Shown here piece after piece: positions 23,752 through 36,615 of a stretch of DNA of 64,000 nucleotides. The first letter of the stretch is position 1. Each line of letters opens with the position of its first letter. The notes below the pieces were generated by a model. It had not been told where the DNA came from. It searched no databases and saw only the letters and a list, made by a program, of their open reading frames with translations. A program made the translations under genes and the position numbers. The stretch lies in assembly GCA_964188305.1 (NCBI GenBank), contig OZ076888.1, one strand, 5' to 3'. The DNA is from Podarcis bocagei (lineage: Eukaryota).

Positions 23752-26700
23752 GCCATCAACTTAGATGGTTTTAAAAGAGAATTGGACAAACATGGAGGAT
23801 AAAGCTATCAATGGCTACTAGCCACAATGGCTATTTTGTGGCTCCACAGTCAGGTGCTGAATACCAGTTTCTGGAAGTCACAGGAGGGGAGTGTGCTCTT
23901 GCACTCAAATCATGCTTGCAGGTTTTCCATAGGCATCTGGTCAGCTACTGTAGAAACAGGAAACTGGACTAGATAGGCCACTGGCATGATCTAGCAGGCT
24001 CTTCTTGCTGATAACAACCTCTAGACATCTTTTTCTATTTTTGAAGTCAGTTCAGGGTACGTATACATTTTTTAAAACAGAAAAGTAAGATATAAATATA
24101 TAATAGTACTGTATCCTTCAGGTAGGTTTCACATACTTATGGACTGATTCAACTTCAAGACATTTTCTAAACTACCTAGCTTCATCAGGTGCCCTCCAGA
24201 TGTTGTTGGACTACAAAACTCATCTTCCACCCTGACCATTGGCTAAACTAGCTGGGGATGATGGGATTTGTAGTTCAACAATATATGGGAACTCAAGGTT
24301 GTCCTAAACTGTGTATCTCCAACATGGACTTCTCAAAGTGTGTTGCAATAAACCTTAGCACACAATACATCACACACAATAATTCTGTCCACTTTTCCCA
24401 CAGGAAATTATTTCTCCCAAGGGGTGGGAATCATTTGTTATATAGTCCTTAGTCACATGACAATCTGAAGTTGATGTTCCTTTTATTTTTATTAAGAACA
24501 CATTAGATCTTTTCTCTCTTTGTTTTCTATTCCCCTTTGTAGTGTTTGGTATAAATTCCTGCCTGTGTTCTGTGTAATAGATCAATTCTTGACCTAAGAC
24601 TCATTTTTTAAAAAATCAAACTGAAACCAGTTGATTGTTTTCAGCCTCTAAAGCTTTTTTTATTAAGTATTTTAGAAAAGCTATGCCATTTTGATCTAGC
24701 TTAAAAATTTGGGCCTGTTGTTAAACATTTTTTATTTAAAAATAGTGGAATGGATTTCACTTGCTTTTACAGAGACAAAATTATTCATCTCCAATTGTAC
24801 TTTTATGTGCTGAGGTTGTGTAGAACTGGTTTATAGAGTTGAGAGTGTGCGGAAGCATCCACCTCCTGCTAAAGCTCATTAGTCTTGGTGCTCAAATGTC
24901 ACATTAGACCTGATCATAATTTAAATGCTTGATCTACTGTAGGTGGCACACAAGAACTGTTCTTCCTGTCTGCCCAAAGAATGTCAACTATCTGGTGAAC
25001 TAATGATGGGAAGGAAATAAATGCAAGGGCTTAAACGGAGAGAAGACTTACAATGTGTAAATGCCAGGCATTTTGAAGGCTGTTGCAGAAGGGCATTTTG
25101 GAGTTGGGGGGGGGGAGTGAGTTTTGATTTTTATTGACTTCCATTGTGTTATCTTTTTTTCTCTGATAGCCAGGGGATTGGCAGCATGCCTTGCTTCTTC
25201 CCTGTATGTTAATTGAGCTGGTCAAGAAGATGCGCTGCCCCTCCGGCTTGCGCGAGCCAGAGGGGCAGTGGGGCTTGTTCAGCTGATGCACGGCAAAGTG
25301 ACAGCCGATGAGCTACCCTGCATGTTAGGACATCCTCTTCATGCTCTGGGGAGGGTCTGCTTGCGAGCCAGGAGAACTCTGCAGGGTGCTCCCCATTTCC
25401 AGGTTCCCGGCACCATGTGTGTGCACAGTCGTACACAAATAGAGCTTGAGTAAATGGGGAATTGCCTGTATTTAAATCATAGTAATTCTTTCTAAATTTT
25501 CAAACACACACACACACACCATATGCAAATCTCATGCAAAGTGGTGTGATTTTTGGTCCTCTCTCTTTTTTTGGCAGTGCATAACAGGCATTGTCTAATT
25601 TCTCTCCCCTCGGGGGCTGCAAAAGAATTGTAAAACAATATTGAACTTTCCTGCTTTTCCTTGAGGATATGAAAAGCAGCCCTTGGGAAACATTTGGCTT
25701 GAATGTTCACAGAAAAAAGAAACAGTGGAAAATGTAAATGTTTAGCTTTTTATTTTAAAAAAGAGTCACATGCTTGGGTGATGTGGGTGGGATCATTCTA
25801 TGGAGAAAAAGGGTAGCTTCTCAATCCATACAGAACATTTTACAAGGTATACTGTAATTTCAGTATACCACTGAAATGAACATGCAGTGGTGAATGCATT
25901 TCTGCTTTGGCAAATCCTATTTTATGTGTACCCTTGTGATTTGAAGGTGTGAAAAGTATAAACATATTGGAAGTGTGTGATGAAAGTGTTTAGAAAATGT
26001 ATGAAAAGGACTTGTTTAATCTTTCGTTCCCAAGACTGGTGGCTCTCTATTTTGAGTTTCATATTATTTTCCATTTTAATTTCAGATTTAATCACAGTGA
26101 CTACATCTACCTGGTGTGTTAGATATTTGCACCAAATTTTGTTCCTTGCTGGTTTTATACAGCTTGTACATTTTATATGACTTGTAAATGTTTTAGCTGC
26201 TTACACTTATGCTTGTTTTAGATAATTCTTACTGCTGTGATTTGTATATTTGATTTTAGTGTTTTTACTGGGCAAGAATGGGGCTGACTCTCAGGTAGCT
26301 GAGCACTGGATTTCAGCCTTCATGTCAATGTTTGCTTTTCATTTTCCCTTCACCGTAGGTGTCTAGTATGAAATACTATTTGGTCATCATACCATCCATA
26401 TTTTTCTCTCTCCTTTTCATCTGAAGGCTAGTATTATTGATATTTAGCCACTACTGCCATGGCATAATGATGTTTGGGAAATGCTACTATTTTCAAATGT
26501 TGACTTTTAAAACAAACCACTTGTGTGTGTGTATGTTTAAACAGGAGCCAACTTTCAACCTTAAAAGTTTCCTTGTATCGTCGTCCCCTTTTTTCTTTTT
26601 CTTTTTTAAAAAATGTGTTAGTTTAAATAAATAAAAAAATTCCACGTCTGTGAGAGTATTTTTCCAGTCCCGTTTTCCAAACTGTTGTACAGAGATGGCA

Positions 26701-26998
26701 ATTCAAGTAACAGAACAAACATTTCAGGTTCATTTTTTAAAAAAATCTTTTCATAAAGTCTATTGGGGAAACAGTTTTTGTAAGATTTAGAGCACAATCT
26801 TGTAGGTTTCTGCTCAGAAGTAAGACCCACTGAGTTCATTGGTACTTACTCCCAGGTAAGTGTGTATAGGATGCCTGCCTCAGGAAGCTGTGCTCTTGCA
26901 GTTTTTTTAGTAGTTTTAGCACACAGAAAATGCAGTGAAAATGAGCAGGCAGGAACAGTGTGTAAAAAAAGAATATTGAATCCTGTAAACTTTCCAAT

Positions 26999-27181
26999 GG
27001 ATGTGGGTGGCGCTGTGGGTTAAACCACAGAGCCTAGGGCTTGCCGATCAGAAGGTTGGCAGTTCGAATCCCCGCGAGAGGGTGAGCTCTCATTGCTCAG
27101 TCCCTGCTCCTGCCAACCTAGCAGTTCAAAAGCACGAAGTGCAAGTAGATAAATAGGTACCGCTCCGGCAGGAAGGTAAAC
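26999..27181 (+). mobile_element. Sauria SINE, 5' half
   Basis: tRNA-related head GGTGGCGCTGTGGGTTAAACCAC...GTTCGAATCCC and core; lacks the 3' part. Confidence 0.85.
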
Positions 27182-28615
27182 TGATTCCCAGCAGCTCATA
27201 TTCAGAGGCATACTGCCTCCAGCAGTGGAGGTAGATCGTAGCCCTCAAGGCTAGTAAACACGGTTAGTCTTCTCTTCCATGAATTCATCCAATCCTCTTT
27301 TAAAGCCCTCCAAGTTGGTGGACATCGCTTTCTCTTGTGTGAGAAAATTCAGCCTGAATGCCCAGGTGGGAGAGAGGGGGCTGCAAGGCCAACTCCATTA
27401 GTTCAGTTGAGAAGCCATCTGCCATCTGGCTCTCCCCTTCCTTGGACTGCCTATATTCCAACTGGTCATTTTAAGATCTGTAGTGTTTTTTGTTTAGAAC
27501 TGATTATATATTTTCTTTTCCTCCCCATTCCCTTTTCTTTTTGTGCCATATCTTCCAGATTGTGAGGCTGTGGGCAGAGACTATCATGTTTTAATCTGCG
27601 TGCAGTTACAACACCTTACACAATGTGCTTAAGGCTGTTCCCAGTGCAAGCAATTATGTCTTCCTGGGGTCTTACTCCAGTTCATTATATAACAACATGC
27701 ACTAGATGGCTACAGTTGCTGATTTCCATTAAAAGTCTTCATACAGCATAAACTTGATAAAAACTGATGGACCTGAAGATAATACAATGGGTACAGTTTT
27801 TCCTGCATCATACGCTTTGCTGATGCACCATGAAAAATTACTTCATTAAAGTTTGATCTTAGATATAAATAGACACACTGTCAGATTAATATTATTTTCC
27901 TCCTTAAATTATTTTATTTCCAGGTAGTGATGATGTGGGGGGTGGGGAATAACCCATTGCAGTTAAACAAGGAGCAGTGTGAATCTATCTCAGTGTTTTT
28001 TTTTAATGTGCAAAATTTAAATTATAGGAAATACAATTCAAGCATTCATTACGTGGCTGACTCAGTGTTTCCACATTTTACATAAATAATTATAGAATGG
28101 GACCAAAGCATGACTAACCAGCCCATTATAATAACATTTTTATGAAATTTGAATACTTCATTATTTAGCCTTTGCACATATGATTAATCAACCAATCTTA
28201 CAAAAATGTGTTAGTGATTGTTTATATCAATAGTCTTTAACCCATTGTTTTTAATTATTATCATTTTTTAAAAAATGTTTTTATTTCTCCAAGAACTTTC
28301 GTTAGAGGATCTGGAGACCATCTTGAAATGAGGAACCCACTTCTATTTTGTTTTTTTTACTGTATATATTATTCTCCTTTATCTGTTTGCCCCTTAATTT
28401 AGGTTTTTTTAAAAGAGAAATTTACAGTGGAACCATTGATGCATTTTACCTGACTTTGCACCTCCCATCAATTGAAGAGTCATGCTTCAGTATGGGATAC
28501 ATTGTGGTTCATACAAGGTGATCCAATGTCCCGCTTCCAAATCTGCAGTTCCACTAAAATGATACGATAGCTGAGAGAAGTGCGGAAAGAGACACTTCAG
28601 TGATGGAAACAATAA

Positions 28616-28838
28616 CAGTAGTACCTCTGGCTACAAACTTAATTCGTTCCGGGGGTCTGTTCTTAACCTGAAACATTTCTTACCCTGAGGTACCACTTTA
28701 ACTAATGGGGCCTCCCACCGCTGCGCCACTGCCGCATGATTTCTGTTCTCATCCTGAGGTAAAGTACTTAACCTGAGGTACTACTTCCGGGTTAGTGGAG
28801 TCTGTAACCCGAAGTGTTTGTAACTCGAGGTACCACTG
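28616..28838. mobile_element. Tc1/mariner (Tigger/pogo-like) MITE
   Basis: CAGTAGTACCTC...GAGGTACCACTG followed by TA; internal sequence aligns by eye with 22205-22430. Confidence 0.83.
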
Positions 28839-29753
28839 TAATAAGAACCAATTTAATAAGAGACAATGATCAGAATCATTGCCAATATAAAGACACCTGA
28901 AAGAACTTGAATAAAAGGTTTTGCAGATATAATATGATAGCTTTTTCCTTTTCCCCTTGTGGAATAAAAAAAGCCCTAGTTCATTGACTCTACTAGCAGA
29001 CATTCTTCATTTAAGTAAATTAGTATTATGGCAGTAAAGTGGTTGAGACCAGGACACAGTCATAAAAATATTTTTATTACAAAATATTTGTGTGATTCAA
29101 AAAATGTTCTCTGAGGGAAGATCACAGGAATATGGCACAACCACACCTTAAATATATAGTTAAAAAAAGTTTTTTAAAAGAAATGGGCAGAAAGAGAGAG
29201 GAAAAAAGCACTTCTTAAAAGGATACTTTTCTGACTAATATTTCTATGGCTATACCTCCAAGGGAGAAATTTATAATGCCAAAATGCTGAAATTACATTC
29301 TGCACATCAAAAAGAATAAGAACAAGAGAAAATCCAAGGTAAATCCATGTATGCAGATTATTAACTAATATTAAAAAATCATTATTTTGTACAATTAATG
29401 ATCACAACCCAGACAATAGTAGGAACCTTAGTGTTAATGCAGGGGTAGCCAATGTTGTACCCTCTAGATTTTGTGAACTTCATCTCTTATTAGCCTCACC
29501 CAGAATGGTCAATGGTAGAGGATAATGGGAACTGCAGTTGAGCAACATGTAGAGATCTCCACATTGGTTACCCATATGTTAATGGGATAGTGACTCATGT
29601 GTTAGGCCTCTCCCAGTGCAATCAATATAACTACAAATGCTTGATTTTATCAAATCCTTTGACTGGTGTTCCACAAACAATGGGCAGAACATTTTTAACT
29701 TTCCTTCACAAATATCTCCTTTAGAAATCAAAGACCACCTTGATGATCTTTGT

Positions 29754-29791
29754 GTATCTGAAGAAGTGTGCATGCACACGAAAGCTCATAC
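29754..29791 (+). ncRNA. Minimal type-I hammerhead ribozyme motif
   Basis: Stem I GUAU/AUAC, core CUGAAGA, stem II GUGUG/CACAC, GAAA, loop-less palindromic stem III AGCU, CUC cleavage triplet (after 29787). Confidence 0.72.
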
Positions 29792-29800
29792 CAAGAACTA

Positions 29801-30601
29801 CCGTATTTTTCGCTCTATAACACGCACCTGACCATAACACGCACATCGTTTTTAGAGGAGGAAAACAAGGGAAAAAATATTCTGAATGAAACAGTGGACG
29901 TATCATTTTTGTGCTTCATGCTGTGGCCACAGACATGTGATCTGATGGTGAATTTGGGGTGACCCAATGCAAAAATCCTGAGAATCCCTGTGGATCCATG
30001 CTTTGTAACCACGTTTTTGCACCATTGCAGCCCCAGGCAACAGTGGGTGCGTGATTTTTTGGGGGGGCAGGCTGTAGCCATGGACATGCTATGTGCTCTG
30101 ATGGTGAATTTTGGCTGACCCAATGCAAAGATCCTGAGGATCCATGTGGACCCATACTTTTTAACCATGTTTTTGCACCATTGCAGCCCCAGGCAACAGT
30201 GGGTGCGTGATTTTTTTTGGGGGGGGGGACAGGCTGTAGCCATGGACATGCTATGTGCTCTGATGGTGAATTTTGGCTGACCCAATGCAAAGATCCTGAG
30301 GATCCATGTGGATCCATGCTTTGTAACCACGTTTTTGCACCATTGCAGCCCCAGGCAACAATGGGTGTGTGATTTTGGGGGGGCAGGCTGTAGCCATGGA
30401 CATGCTGTGTGCTCTGATGGTGAATTTGGGGTGACCCAATGCAAAGATCCTGAGGATCCATGTGGATCCATGCTTTGTAACCACATTTTAAGTGGGGAGG
30501 GAAGGAAAAACACAGAAGGCTAAGAATGCAGGAGAGGGCTATAACGTGAGGAAAGGAAGGCAAAAGTTTCCCCCCACCCACCCACACAAGCCAGCCAGCG
30601 T

Positions 30602-30653
<52 letters not shown>

Positions 30654-31255
30654 CCTCTCCCTCCCACCAGCATGACAGAAGAAAGCATTTTAACTGCATT
30701 AAGAACTATTTAGCAGCGAAACCTAAGCTTTGCCATCCCTTAAGAGGTACAGACACTGTAATCTTCCAGATCGCATGAATTTACAGGCAAAACACTGTTT
30801 AAGGATTTCATCCTTTTAAATGGAAGAAAGCATATTTGAATGCTGTGTGTCTCCAAAAACAAAAAGCAGGAAGTCAAATCAGAATTTTAAGCCGAACCTG
30901 TAATCTCTCTTCCCTTCACAAACATTGTTCCCTCCGGAGCAGGGAGAGGATAGAAGGAAGGACGCTCCTTTCCTTTCCTCTCTTCTTGCCTGGAGGGGAG
31001 GGGCTTTCCCTGCTCTTTGTTCCGTTTGAGCAAACACAGTAACGAAACAGAGAGGGTGGGCAGTAAGACCCTGAGGCAGAATGCAGGAAAGCAACAGCTT
31101 CCTCTCTCACGGAGCTCCCTTCTCCCTGAAGCGCGGTTTGATTTTTGCCTCATTTTTCGGCTCCAGGGACCACACATTCGCTGCATAACACGCACAGACA
31201 TTTCCCCTTCCTTTTTAGGAGAAAAAATCTGCGTGTTATAGAGCGAAAAATACGG
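29801..31255. mobile_element. Non-autonomous Tc1/mariner (Tc2/Kanga-like) DNA transposon nested in the Penelope-like element
   Basis: Perfect 26-bp TIRs CCGTATTTTTCGCTCTATAACACGCA (29801-29826, 31230-31255), TA duplication on both sides, ATAACACGCAC motif repeated at 29817, 29834 and 31185; no transposase ORF. Confidence 0.9.
29919..30490. repeat. Tandem array of ~155-160 bp units, about 3.5 copies
   Basis: CTGATGGTGAATTT recurs at 29942, 30098, 30260 and 30414; unit length varies at an internal T-run/G-run. Confidence 0.95.
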
Positions 31256-34013
31256 TAACTTAGTTGGTCTTTAAGGTGCTACTGGAAGGAATTTTTTTAT
31301 TTTGACTATGGCAGACCAACACGGCTACCTATCTGTAATTGATGATCTTTGTAAGGTTCCCCTAAATTTTGTTTTTGAAAATCTGTCCATGCTGTCAGCT
31401 ACCTGAATTTTCAAGGAAATCCCTAAGAATTCTGTAATGGCAGTAGCAGCACCAAATATATCCTTGATGTCAGAATGCCTGTGTGTAAAGAATAAATACA
31501 TATGGCAGAGATGTCTTTGGGGTATGAACCAACAGTACAATCTAGCACATTATAATCCACTCTCCCCCCATTGTTAGTTATAGCAGTGGAAAGTGCCCAG
31601 TTTGTGTGAATGCCCCTCCTTTCATAGTCAAGGATAAGACCATGGATTGGTGGTTGGGATGGGTGTATGCGCCCATTTTGGTTTCTCTCAGTTTTCCAGT
31701 TTTTCCACTTTTAAATTCAGTTTTTTATATTTCTGTATTTATCTTCATGAAAATTCACCAGTTGTTTGTTTGTTTTTTGCAAATTTCTCCTAATGTACAC
31801 ATTTCTGCAAAGTAATTTGTCCTAATAAGATGCATTTTGTAAGTTTTCCCCTAGTAATATTTGAATTTATATATTTACTTTACCCTAGCATAATGCATTT
31901 TTGTACACTTTATTTGCTGATAGACCCTCACTGGAAAATTCAGAGAAGTGTGAATTTTAGTTTGCACATTGTTTCAGGCAGTGAGAATTTGCTAGGTTCA
32001 TCTTTAAATGAGAACTGAATTGAATGTCTCTTCCACCCCTACTAGAGCCCTATGGTGTTTTGTAATATTTGAGTAGGCAAGGGTAGATGCACAGCTGAAA
32101 AACTCTGAAACTTGAGATCCACTGCCAGCATAAGCTCTCCAGAGAGAGGCAGTGAGCACCCAATGATGTGGTTAGCTTACAAATCATCATCATCATCATC
32201 ATCATCATCCTCATCATCATCATCATTAATTTTATTAATTTGTAACCCACCCATCTGACTGGGCTGTCCCAGCCACTCTGGGCAGTTTCCAGCATATATA
32301 GAAACATTCTTGCTCCATTGTCTTATCTTCAGCTCTACATCTAAGCCATTTTACCACATAGTCTGCTGGAAATGTTCCAGCTCCATTCTATCTCTGACAT
32401 GACCCTTTTTTCCTTAGATCGTTAGCCATAATCTCAAAACTCTAGGTACTCATTCTAGCTCCAGGATTTTGAAGCAACCTTTGTACTAGAGAACAGCAGA
32501 ATGTATATATTTGTGTAATTGCTTTACCCAGGGACCTGCTGCAATTCTTTGTTATTGACTGCTATGAAGCACAACCTGGAAATCTAAGTTATCAAGGATT
32601 TTAAATTTCTCTTCTATCTTAACACAAGCCTGCTTCCTTTCCCAGAATTGTTTTGCCTTTCTTTGTCAAGGTTGCCAGAAGAAATGACATGAACCCTCAA
32701 GAGTTAATTTTTTGCAGTCCATTTCTCCCTATAATCTTATTATATTAATATAAACAAAGAAAAGAAGGTGGCCTTTTTGAAGAGTGCAAATGTGCTGGGA
32801 CTTCCCTCCTCTGTTAGTTGTGCTTTCTTTGAACTAGGAGCTAGCCTGAAATATATCTGAAACTCAGCAGAGGCTTTTCTCTGTTTGATTTCTGGCCTCC
32901 AGCTGAGTTTTGGCAGCCGAGTGCTCCCTGATTCTACCACATAACATTTCAAATTGGAAAGATTCCACATCAAAATCCTTACAAAGTTCTTGACATCACC
33001 TAATTACGACTAGCTCTTCTGGTCTAAATTTAGACAGAAGTTTTCAAAAAAAAATGCTGCTTTGTTCCGGCATTCTTTTTTTGGCAACGTTATATGGTTC
33101 CGAGTATGCATTTAAAAGCCCTCTTTGGACAATATAGCCCCAGCCCAGGAGCAGCCAGAGGTTATGGATGTGGCTTCCCAGAAGCAGTATTGGGCATTGA
33201 ATGGGATGCATGGGTTTCAGGGCAATTAGGATGATTGAGGCAAGCCGGATTGGCTCCACCAGTGCACCTGGACTGCCCTTACCTCCTGTACCATCCCAGA
33301 AGGCAGCAGCACTGCTAGGGTGCCAGGTCCATAGCAGCACCCCTCGCTGACAGCCACTCCTGCCTCACCCCTTAGCATCCACATGTAGAGTGCTCAGCCA
33401 ATGGAAGCAGACAACCAACAATCTGAGACCCCTCTGCTCAAACATCTGCTCATATGCTACTGGACCAGGTCCAGGGCTCTTGTGTTGAGATTCAGAGCCC
33501 TGAACAACTTGGATCCAGGATGCCTTAAGAGGCTACCGGAGCCCCTAAATTGAAACCTGACCACTGAAATCACCTGGAGGAATGCTGCTAGTTGCCCCCC
33601 CCCCCCCGTTACAGAGGCATGACTGGCCTCGGCCAGAAGTTGTGCTTCGCCAGTCCCAGGCTGTGGAATGCTCTTCCAGGAAAGATTGGGCAGGCGGCCT
33701 CACTTTTGATTTTCAAATGTCTCTATGCAGCTATTTAAAACTTTATTGACTAGCCAGCCATTTCAATGATTGTTCTGCATAGCCTTTAAAAGTTTTTTAA
33801 ATCACTGTGTTCCACCCTGATGTTTGATGAGAGGGCAATATATATAGAGAGAGATACTTTTGTAAATAAACAAATAAATAAATATTCAGGGCTCAACAAA
33901 TAATTACATAAATAATGTAGGTCGCTTACCTGGGTGTGTGGCCCATTGAACTCAGTGTGACTTATGTCTGAGCAGACATGCATTGGATTGCAGTTCTCTT
34001 TATCTTAAAGCTT

Positions 34014-34374
34014 GGGGACGCAGGTGGCGCTGTGGGTTAAACCACAGAGCCTAGGACTTGTCGATCAGAAGGTCGGTGGTTCAAATCCCTGCGATGGGGT
34101 GAGCTCCCGTTGCTCGGTCCCTGCTCCTGCCAACCTAGCAGTTCGAAAACACGTCAAAGTGCAAGTAGATAAATAGGTACCGCTCTGGCGAGAAGGTAAA
34201 CGGCATTTCCGTATGCTGCTCTGGTTTGCCAGAAGAGGCTAAATCATGCCAGCCACATGACCCGGAAGCTGTACGCCGACTCCCTCGGCCAATAAAGCAA
34301 GATGAGCGCCGCAACCCCAGATTCAGTCACGACTGGCCCTAATGGTCAGTGGTCCCTTTACCTTTACCTTTACC
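34014..34374 (+). mobile_element. Sauria SINE, full length
   Basis: GGGGACGCAGGTGGCGCTGTGG head, (ACCTTT)n tail, 14-bp TSD TTATCTTAAAGCTT (34000-34013, 34375-34388). Confidence 0.94.
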
Positions 34375-36494
34375 TTATCTTAAAGCTTAGAGACTCACCC
34401 TTTCCCAATAAAGTGGATTACAGTAGATTACTTCATTAAATGCAGTCTTTTTTTATTTATTAAAAAAAGCAATTTAAAGAAACAAACATACCATAATTTC
34501 TATAAGAAAGCCTTGCATTGCTAACATCAATCCACAAGCGAATGTCAAAGCTTCATCAAGGCTTACACAGGTGCCACTGGCTGTCTGGTCTAAGAGTAGA
34601 GGTATAATTTGACCAATTGTAATAAATGCAGAGTGAAAGGAGTCGCCTTGAATACTTGCTTTTGTGAGATTGCTTTATCCTTGTTTGTGAAAATAATTTT
34701 CTACAAACAAAACAAAAACACTGAAAAGATTTTTAGAAGAAGTTATATTAACATTTTGGTTTTATTTCCCCTTCGATAATATTCCCCCCCTTTTATTCCA
34801 ATACAATAGATCTGTTGCTAGGCGCTCACCAACATTTCCAAGAGCCAAGCAGCATACTGTTTCTCAAACTTTGTTTCTAGGGAGTTGGGCAGGCTCATTA
34901 TTAAAACCACATTGCCTATTTTAACATATATATGCTGTTGAAGACATGCAGCCTGATTCAGCAAAGGCAATCTGTGTTGTTTTGTGTATGGGCTCACTTC
35001 TCTGGGTTCTGATCTTCTTGCTTTGCACATACAGAAGGAAGAACGCTGCATCCATCACATGAATATGCTCCCTCTTTTATACATTATTCATTTGCATTGG
35101 GTCATCTTGAGGTTTCAGAGAACAAAACTGAGCACTGATTTAATCTCTTCCTGCCCCAACAAGTAATCAGAACCACCAAAGCTGACAGTACTAATAATCT
35201 GTTTGGGGAGACGCGTGTTTGTGCCTCCATGTGTAGTAACAGTTATGCAGCTCACTGCCTTATTAGGATATCTTGATGAGAGATTTGACTTTTCCCCACA
35301 TTGTTTTAAACTGTAACAAATTCCATTCCTTTTTTAAAAATCCAGGTGTTCTCACTGGACTGGGAAATCGTACAACACATCTGCTGCATCTGTCATTTGA
35401 ATACAGTGATTAGCAGAGCCCATGCAGAGGTCTTTTAAATGCAAAAAACTGTCTCAGAGCTGGAGAAGTGTAATGGCTCAAAGGCTGAGGTCCAAACAAG
35501 GAAGTGCCCCAATTTAAATCTCACCTCTCTGACCTAAACTCACATGGCGGCCTAATAGTTTGCAATAAGTTTGGGTTCAGTATACTGAGTAGGGAAACCA
35601 TCTACAGTCATTCCATAGTCTATGTTCCAGGGGTCCAAAAATGAAATGACTTTTATTATCAGTCATGTTGGTCATCAGTAATGAGTAGCTTTCACACATT
35701 CAGCCCAATAACACTTTAATTATGGCTACATACATACTATTGCCAAAGAAGAAGCCATACATACTATACATTTTAAGTGCATTTAAAGCACATAACCTCT
35801 CCCACAGAATTCTGGGAAATGTAATTTACTCTTCACAGAGTTGCCATTCTCGGCACCCTTAACAAACCACAGTTCCCAAGGGGAATAGGTTCGTTGAACA
35901 GCTCTCGGATCTACAAGGACTTTAGACCAGCTTTGTTCAAAGATTTAAATCTCCCACTTGGGAGATCAATTGAGTATTTGATTAACTTTTTATTAGGGGA
36001 CAGGTTTCCCATACATCTTGGAAAAAGTGGTCTGTTTTGCCTTTAGAGTGGCAATCTTAAGCAGAAAAGTTTGTGGGGATGATAAGTTAAATTATTCAGG
36101 GGACCAAACTCTTATCTGACAGGATGTCTGGTTTTAATAATTATTTTAACTGTGCAATGCACTTTATTTTGTTTGTATTCTGTTTGTTTATTTTCTCTTT
36201 TGTAATAGTTTCAGCTAGAAAAAAATGATAAATAATAATAATACAATCATATAAAATAATTCTAAGAGCTAGTGAAATCAATAAGAATAGCAGTATATGC
36301 TATAGATCAATAAATTCAGAAGTTCTGAACTGTCCTATCAAATAATGTAGTGTTTATCACTTGATATCCAGCAAACAATAGCACTTTTCAGGTGTTCAAA
36401 AGAATGTGCAATGACTGGGAAAAGGGCATGAGTGTGCATGTGCTGGCTTCACCCCAATGTCTTAGTGTACACCACTCCCTCCTCTTCCTAGACC

Positions 36495-36615
36495 CATAGA
36501 ATTGTAAAGTTGGAAGGGACCACGAGGGTCATGCAGTGCAGGAATCTTTCACCCAATGTGGGGCTTGAACCCAAGACCCTGAGATTAAGTCCTATGCTCT
36601 ACCAGCTGAGCTATC
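36495..36615 (-). mobile_element. tRNA-Lys(CTT)-derived short SINE with CR1-like 3' tail
   Basis: Minus strand GATAGCTCAGCTGGTAGAGCATAGGACTTAATCTCAGGGTCTTGGGTTCAAGCCCCACATTGGGTG follows tRNA-Lys with a damaged anticodon arm, then GGTCCCTTCCAACTTTACAATTCTATG. Confidence 0.75.

Larger units (their letters stand above)
29754..31338 (+). mobile_element. Short Penelope-like insertion (128 bp once the nested MITE is removed)
   Basis: Perfect 14-bp TSD TTGATGATCTTTGT (29740-29753, 31339-31352); the halves rejoin as GTATCTGAAGAAGTGTGCATGCACACGAAAGCTCATACCAAGAACTAACTTAGTTGGTCTTTAAGGTGCTACTGG..., typical of reptile Penelope-type terminal repeats. Confidence 0.8.

Noticed and set aside
25216-25430. H/ACA snoRNA, hammerhead or paired CTCF sites as an explanation of the structured element
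   Set aside because: No ANANNA H box between the hairpins, no CUGANGA plus GAAA core, and the CCAGAGGGGCAG motif fits the CTCF consensus poorly.
29919-30490. CRISPR-like array or tandem ribozyme array
   Set aside because: Units are contiguous with no unique spacers, the context is eukaryotic, and CTGATGG is not followed by a stem II and GAAA.
29815-30587. Long overlapping ORFs (232 aa and 223 aa) with repeated peptides
   Set aside because: They are readings of a stop-poor tandem repeat inside a MITE; there is no domain or splice support, and frames shift at homopolymer runs.
32050-32307. Poly-Met ORF
   Set aside because: Translation of a (CAT)n microsatellite next to a LINE tail.
36549-36615. 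Functional tRNA-Lys gene
   Set aside because: The anticodon arm has a deletion, the acceptor stem is incomplete, and it is fused to a CR1-like tail, so it is a SINE head.
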